From a virus, in IMG/VR virus record IMGVR_UViG_3300045988_124470, positions 1 to 59,707 of that record: a stretch of DNA of 59,707 nucleotides; one strand, 5' to 3'. Numbering within the stretch: position 1 is the first letter of the stretch; the number at the start of each line of letters is the position of its first letter. Shown here piece after piece: positions 16,237-22,634 of this stretch. The notes beneath the pieces are model-generated. The model had not been told where the DNA came from. It did not search any database and saw only the letters and a program-made list of their open reading frames with translations. The position numbers and the translations under genes were made by a program.

Positions 16237-16713
16237 TTATAGAATAAATTGTTTCCACAAATCAATGAATTGCTTCCCGCAATAATTGGAAAGCTTTTCG
16301 CTTTTCAAACAAAGGCGAGACCCGCTACCCGCATACGCAGACGCAAAATCGTAATACGAACCGTGGAAAGCGAAAGAGGAAGGAGACCCATTAGGCTTGA
16401 ACCACGGATACCAGCGTTTCACGTTAGCATCGCATACATTAAGTTTCTGACCTTCATTTAGAGCTTCCGTAACGATAGCCAGCTTTTGGTAAGCAATATC
16501 GTGTTCCGTCAAGCCTAACTCCAATAGCTTTTTCTCATCGAGTGGTTCCCTTCCCAACTCGTGACAAGCATCAAGGTAGGTTTTCACTCTTTCTGTAACG
16601 TCTTGTGAAAAGAAATCCTTTCCAAAGGATTCTTCCAATACTGTTTTTAGTTCTTTTGAACCGCTCCGATATAGTTCACGGGCTTTTTGTTCACTTAATT
16701 GTAATGTTTTCAT
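16237..16713 (-). CDS. DGR variable (target) protein 2, 158 aa
   Basis: Contains VR2 at about aa 109-134 (SPSSFAFHGSYYDFASAYAGSGSRL); shares the TEALNEG motif and C-terminus (KQFIDLWK) with target 1. Confidence 0.85.
   Translation of the reverse strand: MKTLQLSEQKARELYRSGSKELKTVLEESFGKDFFSQDVTERVKTYLDACHELGREPLDEKKLLELGLTEHDIAYQKLAIVTEALNEGQKLNVCDANVKRWYPWFKPNGSPSSFAFHGSYYDFASAYAGSGSRLCLKSEKLSNYCGKQFIDLWKQFIL
16301..16387 (-). repeat. DGR variable repeat 2 (VR2)
   Basis: Core 16314-16387 vs TR: 9 mismatches, all at TR adenines. Confidence 0.9.
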
Positions 16714-16744
16714 ATAATTGTTATTAATGGGTTTTCAAATATGT

Positions 16745-16849
16745 TGCGACACCCGGATTCGAACCGGGACGAGTTGTCAAGCTCCATACATCTAAGGTTT
16801 GACCTTCCTATCATAGAGTGTATTACGTCTACCATTCCGCCATGTCGCA
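16745..16849 (-). ncRNA. tRNA-like element 2 (105 nt; class II/Leu-like frame with a 28-nt 'anticodon loop')
   Basis: Perfect 7-bp acceptor UGCGACA/UGUCGCA, D-arm GCG-GAAUGGUAGA-CGU, 17-nt variable arm, T-arm CCCGG-UUCGAAU-CCGGG. The anticodon stem AUACA/UGUAU encloses 28 nt. Confidence 0.55.
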
Positions 16850-17012
16850 GTGTTTCCCGACCAGCACGTGGACGGGGCTGTTTATATTAAAATGATTCTT
16901 AATTATTCACCCTCACGGGCTTTTGCTCCCCTGAGCCAATTCGATTGGCAACATCACGTTATTATCAGGGGATTTTCTTAATTTTGTGTCGCCAAACTAA
17001 AAATTAAGAAAT

Positions 17013-17492
17013 ATGGATTTATCAGAATTAATCAAATGCTACAATATGGAGCATAAGTCTTTGTTTACCGCTTTTGCGGTATCGTTCCCCGTCTTATTTA
17101 CTGTCTTGTATCTGTACATACCTGAGTTTGCCAACTTGGAGTTTTATGAGCAGGTTGTTTTCTCGGCCACTGCATCTATCTTTTGCGTGTATATATCGTA
17201 CCTTTTTACCGTTATTGTATATAGAGCGGGAAGGGAGCGGTACAGAAGAGGACATTTACCTTTGCTTATCTGCACCCTTGCCGCTTCCTTTTGGCTAATT
17301 GTCTTTCCTGACAATTATGGTCTTGGGTATAGATATGTGATATACATTTTTTCCGATGTGTACATCTATTTCTATGGAATCCTTGCACTCGGCGCTTCGG
17401 TTATCGGTATCTTTAGACTTTTTCCCCATCGAACCAAAAATCTCAAGGAACGAATAGAAAAGACTGAGGCCAAAGAAAACGATGACAAGTAG
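17013..17492 (+). CDS. Polytopic membrane protein (moron on the opposite strand)
   Basis: 159 aa with about 4 hydrophobic helices; the only + strand gene inside the leftward operon. Confidence 0.7.
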   Translation: MDLSELIKCYNMEHKSLFTAFAVSFPVLFTVLYLYIPEFANLEFYEQVVFSATASIFCVYISYLFTVIVYRAGRERYRRGHLPLLICTLAASFWLIVFPDNYGLGYRYVIYIFSDVYIYFYGILALGASVIGIFRLFPHRTKNLKERIEKTEAKENDDK

Positions 17493-17538
17493 CGCTCCGG
17501 AAGATAATATATTCTCCATTGTCGTTATAATTTAATTC

Positions 17539-17600
17539 GTTCCCGTGAGCGTTCCGATGGTAGCCTTACTACTCTCAAACATCTATTGAGAGCCACGGGA
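17539..17600. terminator. Nested hairpin between convergent genes (putative bidirectional terminator)
   Basis: Outer stem ttcccgtg/cacgggaa and inner stem ctctcaa/ttgagag (7-nt loop); a T-rich run follows on the + strand. Confidence 0.5.
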
Positions 17601-17605
17601 ATTAT

Positions 17606-17920
17606 TTATTTTAATTCTTGAATTTGTTTCATTATATTAGACACCTCATCTGCATTTACATAAGCAATTACATCATCTGTGATAGGGGTGTCATAACAAA
17701 GAACACCTTCTTTAAGGATTCCAACCTCATAGGTATCTATGCCGTTAGAATAGAACATATTTCCTTTTACAACACTTATTCCATAGCCATTATCAAACCT
17801 CATTACAGCGTGTTTGGCTTCCACCCACTCCTTGCGAATTGAGGCAGGAAGGTTACACGCCTCTTTGCTAACCGAATGTGGTTTAAACACCAAATCCTCA
17901 AATGTTTTTATTTTGCCCAT
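17606..17920 (-). CDS. Hypothetical protein (104 aa)
   Basis: ORF track. Confidence 0.65.
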   Translation of the reverse strand: MGKIKTFEDLVFKPHSVSKEACNLPASIRKEWVEAKHAVMRFDNGYGISVVKGNMFYSNGIDTYEVGILKEGVLCYDTPITDDVIAYVNADEVSNIMKQIQELK

Positions 17921-18327
17921 ATCATTTAATATTAAGTATAAGTGCTCCCTTCAACGCAACAATACGTGTTTGGCTTTTCAGCGTGCCCGAATTTTACGGG
18001 AAGGGAGTATATATATAGTATCAGCGATAATTACGCCCAAACATCATACTTTAACGGTCAACGGACGATTTTCCGTGCTGATACATGGACTACTATTGTA
18101 GTATGTTCATTAACTTAATCACGCTGCTGCCTTATGCTCGTATTCACCTCTCAATGAACAGTCTTCGCAATCGGTTGCTTACACGCTATACATCGCCTCG
18201 GCTATGTGTATAATAGATATACTGCTTATCAGCGCAGGCTAATTTTACGTGCCCTGAACACGACTTCATTTTTGAGGGTTAAGTCTCCCATCCCGAATGT
18301 TTGGCTCATCGGTTTCGCCTGTAATGC

Positions 18328-18442
18328 TCCCTCTGCACGATTCGAACGTGCGACCTTCACCACCGGAATACACAGACCGGAAATACTAAACTTTCACGAA
18401 CAATAACCGAGGCGACACTCTGCCTGGCTGAGATAAGAGGGA
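18328..18442 (-). ncRNA. tRNA-like element 3 (115 nt, oversized anticodon region)
   Basis: Perfect 7-bp acceptor UCCCUCU/AGAGGGA, D-arm CUC-AGCCAGGCA-GAG, T-arm GCACG-UUCGAAU-CGUGC, 5-nt variable loop. The stem UCGCC/GGUGA encloses 49 nt. Confidence 0.45.
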
Positions 18443-18454
18443 AGAAGAGTTGTT

Positions 18455-18667
18455 TTACACAACACGGTTTCTTTCTATAAATCTTTCAATACTTTTCAAA
18501 TCATACCAAATGGTACGGTTGTTATATTTAGAAAATGATATTTCGGCATTGTTCCTTAGTTTTTCCAAGAGTTTATCACTGCATCCCAAATATGCCATTG
18601 TTTCCTTAGCGGAAAGCCATATTTTTTGTACGGGTTCCACCTTTCCTATCTTTTTATGCCTTCCCAT
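18455..18667 (-). CDS. Excisionase/AlpA-like HTH DNA-binding protein
   Basis: WLSAKETMAYLGCSDKLLEKLRNNAEISFSKYNNRTIWYDLKSIERFI fits the HTH_17/excisionase pattern. Confidence 0.55.
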   Translation of the reverse strand: MGRHKKIGKVEPVQKIWLSAKETMAYLGCSDKLLEKLRNNAEISFSKYNNRTIWYDLKSIERFIERNRVV

Positions 18668-18670
18668 AAC

Positions 18671-18937
18671 TTACCAACTTAGACTGTCGTAATATTCTTT
18701 GTTACTTAAATAAGTCTTTACGATTTGAGTATCGCTACAACCTTCACCGAGAGAATCAACGATAACATTGTAGGCCATTTCTGTCATGTTGTATATGACT
18801 TCCTGATTATAATCTGATTTACCTGCAATTCCGAGAAGGAAGAAGAACCCGATAAACCCTATTGCAAATACGGTAATCTGTTTTGATATTTTATTCGCAT
18901 TCATAGTTTTATATTTACTGGCTGTTTCTTTGTTCAT
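18671..18937 (-). CDS. Membrane-anchored hypothetical protein
   Basis: TM segment ITVFAIGFIGFFFLLGIAG. Confidence 0.6.
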   Translation of the reverse strand: MNKETASKYKTMNANKISKQITVFAIGFIGFFFLLGIAGKSDYNQEVIYNMTEMAYNVIVDSLGEGCSDTQIVKTYLSNKEYYDSLSW

Positions 18938-19196
18938 TCATTTTAATTACCTGCTCCATAAGGCGGTTTGAATTATTTCTGACTGCTTTTTGGTATTCTT
19001 CTTCAACTTTGTTTCCCTCTTTTCTTAAACGCAATGAAAACACACGAAGCGAAATGCCAAGTACAAAGAGTATTGTTACAATCAATCCAAGCCAAAAATT
19101 GATAAGAAAGCATACATAAGGTATGATGATTATCAAGGATAACACACATATTACAACAATAAGAGCAGCTGTTACTGCCATTTTACTTCTGTCCAT
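18915..19196 (-). CDS. Small membrane protein (2 TM)
   Basis: AVTAALIVVICVLSLIIIIPYVCFLINFWLGLIVTILFVLGI. Confidence 0.6.
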   Translation of the reverse strand: MDRSKMAVTAALIVVICVLSLIIIIPYVCFLINFWLGLIVTILFVLGISLRVFSLRLRKEGNKVEEEYQKAVRNNSNRLMEQVIKMNEQRNSQ

Positions 19197-19476
19197 AATA
19201 GGTATATTGCTTTATCATTACTTCAATAGAATTCATGAGGTTGAACAAGACACCGATATGTTCAACTTTCATAACTCCTTCGGAATAAGACTGTAGAATT
19301 ATTTCTTTGCATTCTTTAATTGCTTGTTCCAACTCGCATTGTTTTTTTATACGTTGTGACCTTTTAAGCAAATCTTTAACTATATTGTTACACTTTTCAC
19401 TCCGATTTTGTCCCTCCTCGTCACATGGGTTTTCCTCATTGATGAAAAGATTGTGTATAGTGATATCCATAATCAT
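19183..19476 (-). CDS. Hypothetical protein (97 aa)
   Basis: ORF track; very AT-ric region. Confidence 0.55.
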   Translation of the reverse strand: MIMDITIHNLFINEENPCDEEGQNRSEKCNNIVKDLLKRSQRIKKQCELEQAIKECKEIILQSYSEGVMKVEHIGVLFNLMNSIEVMIKQYTYYGQK

Positions 19477-19745
19477 TCCTCCTTATTAAAGATTTGTTCC
19501 ATTGCAGGTTTAAGTTCGTTTATTATCTTCTCATTTGTAGATGATATGTAATTAATTATATCAAATATTTGGTTAGCATTTAAGTCTGCGATATTGATTG
19601 AATCTATCCTCCCGTCAACATACATGATTAAATCCAAATGTACATTTGATTTTCCTTTAATCGGTAATTTTAGTGATTCAATATCAGCTTGTTGTTTTAA
19701 CAACCTCGATAATCTACTTAATCTTCCAATTTCCTCTAAAGTCAT
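19473..19745 (-). CDS. Hypothetical protein, paralog of 19742..20119
   Basis: Shares the pattern EEIGRLSRLSRLL.../...VDGRIDSINIADLNANQIFDIINYI with its neighbour. Confidence 0.6.
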   Translation of the reverse strand: MTLEEIGRLSRLSRLLKQQADIESLKLPIKGKSNVHLDLIMYVDGRIDSINIADLNANQIFDIINYISSTNEKIINELKPAMEQIFNKEE

Positions 19746-20119
19746 AATTCTCCCTCCATTATATTATTATATTCATTATTTATATCGGCACACGCAGATT
19801 CAAGAGAATCGTGGTGAATATCTGCGTCGTATTTAAGTATATAGCCTTCACTATTTGAATATTGTATAAGTTTTTTTATGTTATTAATGTAGTTGGTATT
19901 ATTCGCTTCTAAGATGATGGAAACTATTTCAGAAGCTTGTTTTTTGTTAAGAATGATTTCATCAACTGATACTTTACGACTTCCGTCCATAAATGATATA
20001 CTTGCCAGAGTTTCTTCTGGGAAAGAACGTCCCAACATTATAACGTCTGATTTGTTTTTAATTTCCGTTTCAATTCGTGACAATATCCTTCTTAAATCTT
20101 TGATTTTTTCTATATCCAT
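19742..20119 (-). CDS. Hypothetical protein, paralog of 19473..19745
   Basis: EKIKDLRRILSRIE.../...MDGSRKVSVDEIILNKKQASEIVSIILEA. Confidence 0.6.
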   Translation of the reverse strand: MDIEKIKDLRRILSRIETEIKNKSDVIMLGRSFPEETLASISFMDGSRKVSVDEIILNKKQASEIVSIILEANNTNYINNIKKLIQYSNSEGYILKYDADIHHDSLESACADINNEYNNIMEGEL

Positions 20120-20132
20120 AATTCATTTCTCC

Positions 20133-20339
20133 TTAGCTTAACCTTGTTGCCTTATACTCATCAACCATCCCTCTTTCCGTAAGCTGGATTTCGATGCCTT
20201 CCCTTCTCAAATTATACTTGGCAGTTTTTGCTGTATTAAACTTGAAATCACGGGTCTTAACTATGATTTCACCACCTATGGGCAATCTCCGAAACGTTTC
20301 CGTTAACGTTTTTTTTGTCACAAAACTTGTTTTCTCCAT
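20133..20339 (-). CDS. First gene of the leftward early operon (Cro-position small protein)
   Basis: 68 aa; divergent from the repressor-like gene across a 164-bp AT-rich switch region. Confidence 0.55.
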   Translation of the reverse strand: MEKTSFVTKKTLTETFRRLPIGGEIIVKTRDFKFNTAKTAKYNLRREGIEIQLTERGMVDEYKATRLS

Positions 20340-20503
20340 ATCATTAAAATACTTTTACTAATTATTCTAAAATGGTTTGCTCAAAACGGTATTATCTATC
20401 GTTTGATGATGCAAATATAAGTAAATATATTACTTAGTACAATGGTTTAAATAAAAAATATAAGTAAAATAATTCTATTTAGAATAATTATAAATAATAA
20501 GTT
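20340..20503. promoter_or_regulatory. Divergent promoter/operator (genetic switch) region
   Basis: Direct repeats AATATAAGTAAA (20414-20425, 20457-20468) and AATGGTTT (20371-20378, 20441-20448); palindrome ATTCTA-tt-TAGAAT (20472-20485). Confidence 0.5.
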
Positions 20504-20806
20504 ATGGAAGATGTTGTAAAACAGCGAATTAGAGATGTTTTGGTAAAAATGAATAGTAATCCTACTCAACTGGCTAAGAAGTATTCAATGAATCAAAAAA
20601 CTCTGAATAATCAAATTAATTCGGATGTTCAGTTGTCTGCAAGTACTATACTACTTGTTTTATCAGAGTTTGATAAAGTTTCTGCCGAATGGTTGCTGCG
20701 CGGAGAAGGCGAGATGATAAAAGGCAGTTCCGTAGTCAAAGAGAAACCTGCTTCAAAAGAATTTGTGGTGTATGTGGATGAGAATGGGTTTTTAAAAATG
20801 AAATAA
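20504..20806 (+). CDS. Repressor-like HTH protein
   Basis: NPTQLAKKYSMNQKTLNNQIN (HTH) and VSAEWLLRGEGEM, as seen in Bacteroidales phage/ICE repressor-like proteins; sits at the lysogeny switch. Confidence 0.6.
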   Translation: MEDVVKQRIRDVLVKMNSNPTQLAKKYSMNQKTLNNQINSDVQLSASTILLVLSEFDKVSAEWLLRGEGEMIKGSSVVKEKPASKEFVVYVDENGFLKMK

Positions 20807-20810
20807 TTAT

Positions 20811-21575
20811 ATGGCTGAATATAGAATAGCACCCAAAAAGAGTACCGATTATCCTAAAGTGATAACAGCGGAAGAAAAAGACAAGGTATTGAAGTATCTT
20901 ATAGAAAATCAAGAAAGCGGAAAAATGGAAGTTATAGCAAAGTATTCCGATATTCCCAATCTTGTATGTAGCAAGGAGCAATTTAAATCCATTATAGATG
21001 AGTTGGTACAAGATTACGGACTTTCTCATTTCGGTTATAGCGATAAATATAAACTAAATAATGCCATATTGGACTTTTATTCAAGTGGTGGATTTAATGC
21101 TAAAGTAAATGTAAAACAGAATGATATTTTAAATAGAGAAAAAATGAAAGTTTTTATTGTACATGGACATGATGTCGCAGCAAAAGAGTCTGTAGCAAGA
21201 TTTATTGAAAAAATAGGTTGTGAAGCTATTATTTTATCTGAACAAGCGAATGGTGGAAATACAATTATAGAAAAAAACACTGATGTAGGTTATGCTATAG
21301 TTATATATACTCCATGTGATAAAGGTGGTGAAAATAAAGAAAATGTTCAGTTAGAGCCAAGGGCGAGGCAAAATGTAGTATTCGAGCATGGGTATCTAAT
21401 TGCTAAATTAGGCAGAAAGAATGTTTCTGTTTTAATGAGAGGAAGTGTTGTTCTTCCCAGTGATATATCTGGACTGGGTTATGAGCCATTAGATGATAAT
21501 GGATCTTGGAGAAGCAACGTAGCTAAAAACATGGAAGATGCTGGGTATAGCATAGATATGAATAAAATTAAATAG
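20811..21575 (+). CDS. TIR-like (COG4271/PF10137-type) nucleotide-binding protein with unknown N-terminal domain
   Basis: C-terminal domain KVFIVHGHD...ILSEQANGGNTIIEK...RARQNVVFEHGYLIAKLGRKNV...LPSDISGLGY matches the CAP12/PycTIR-type TIR-like signature. Confidence 0.7.
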   Translation: MAEYRIAPKKSTDYPKVITAEEKDKVLKYLIENQESGKMEVIAKYSDIPNLVCSKEQFKSIIDELVQDYGLSHFGYSDKYKLNNAILDFYSSGGFNAKVNVKQNDILNREKMKVFIVHGHDVAAKESVARFIEKIGCEAIILSEQANGGNTIIEKNTDVGYAIVIYTPCDKGGENKENVQLEPRARQNVVFEHGYLIAKLGRKNVSVLMRGSVVLPSDISGLGYEPLDDNGSWRSNVAKNMEDAGYSIDMNKIK

Positions 21576-21641
21576 ATGCGGTTCAGAAATTCATCTCCGA
21601 ATTAGGAAACAATAAAAATCATATAATTCCAAAAATATATC

Positions 21642-22007
21642 ATGGAAAATATTTTACTTGTTACTTCAATCATTATTATTGTGTTTGGAATATTGCAAAT
21701 TGTTTTATTCTTCAAAGTATGGGGAATGACCAATGATGTGAGAAAAATTAAAAATAAAACTGTTAATAGTTTTAATGAAGCTCATAAACAAATTATACTT
21801 GGGAATAAAGATAAGGCTTTTGAAATATATCAACGCTTATATGTTGAGGAATTAATTAAGATTTCTGAATTAAAGCTGGACTTTGAAGAAAATTACCCTA
21901 AGTTGGTTGAAAAATACAAATATGAATTGTCTAAGTTAGGAGAAGGATATAATATCGATTTTTCTGAATATGACGCAGTTAATAAGATACGGAAAGTTAC
22001 AGAATAA
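21642..22007 (+). CDS. N-terminally membrane-anchored hypothetical protein
   Basis: TM segment LLVTSIIIIVFGILQIVLFFKVW. Confidence 0.6.
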   Translation: MENILLVTSIIIIVFGILQIVLFFKVWGMTNDVRKIKNKTVNSFNEAHKQIILGNKDKAFEIYQRLYVEELIKISELKLDFEENYPKLVEKYKYELSKLGEGYNIDFSEYDAVNKIRKVTE

Positions 22008-22032
22008 AGATTATACAGCTAATAAACACATT

Positions 22033-22371
22033 ATGAAGAAAATCTTATTTTTTATAGCAATATCCTTGTTACTTGCAGGGTGCTCAAAAGACGATGATAC
22101 AGATGAAGCTAAATATTGTTGGAATTTTCAGATACGGGTTATGACTACTATATATAGTGGAACTGAAAAGACATCTTCCGTCGTCACAAATGAGACAATC
22201 TGTGATTTGACAGAAGCGGAAGCAAATGAAATGAAGGAGAAAATATATAATGTTAGCGAGGGAAGTAAAGGCGGGTATCGTGTAAAAATAGTTACAGAGG
22301 TTATTAACCTATCAAAGAAGAGGGATAATTCAAACGGAAATTCTCAATATGATAGGGGAGACTGGAGTTGA
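22033..22371 (+). CDS. Lipoprotein (start trimmed to Met at 22033)
   Basis: MKKILFFIAISLLLAGCSKDD: signal peptide plus lipobox LLAGC. Confidence 0.7.
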   Translation: MKKILFFIAISLLLAGCSKDDDTDEAKYCWNFQIRVMTTIYSGTEKTSSVVTNETICDLTEAEANEMKEKIYNVSEGSKGGYRVKIVTEVINLSKKRDNSNGNSQYDRGDWS

Positions 22372-22518
22372 AAGCTTGAGCTATTCGCCTGTCATTAAAT
22401 TTTCAAATAAACAGCAATTCTCGCCCGGTTTCTATATCTGTTGCCATAACATGAGAAAAGAGACCGCCTGACGGATAAGGCTGAGATTATCCAATGTCTA
22501 ACATTATAATTAACGCTT

Positions 22519-22599
22519 ATGGCAAGAATTACTGTAAGGGTCAAAACCACAACACGGGTTAAAATCCGTAGGACTGTAATTAAGGTTCGCAGAGGTTAA
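22519..22599 (+). CDS. Possible 26-aa highly basic micro-ORF
   Basis: Hand translation: MARITVRVKTTTRVKIRRTVIKVRRG; a terminator hairpin follows immediately. Confidence 0.2.
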   Translation: MARITVRVKTTTRVKIRRTVIKVRRG

Positions 22600-22605
22600 G
22601 ACCCA

Positions 22606-22634
22606 AAGGGGTGGCAGACAATCGCTGCCCCTTT
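22606..22634 (+). terminator. Hairpin terminator candidate
   Basis: aaagggg-tg-gcag acaatcg ctgc-ccc-ttt, followed by atttat. Confidence 0.45.

Larger units (their letters stand above)
14252..16713 (-). mobile_element. Diversity-generating retroelement cassette (target2-target1-TR-RT-small ORF)
   Basis: See the individual RT, TR and VR features; adenine-specific TR/VR mismatch pattern. Confidence 0.9.

Noticed and set aside
15649-16461. Plus-strand ORFs 15649..15966 and 16249..16461, which share the peptide VESERGRR
   Set aside because: They are antisense translations of the TR, VR1 and VR2 repeats. The shared peptide simply reflects the repeat.
17814-18406. Plus-strand ORFs 17814..18101 (95 aa) and 18206..18406 (66 aa)
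   Set aside because: They lie in a GC-rich, hairpin-dense island on the strand opposite to the operon. They have odd composition, and one overlaps the tRNA-like element. They are more likely non-coding.
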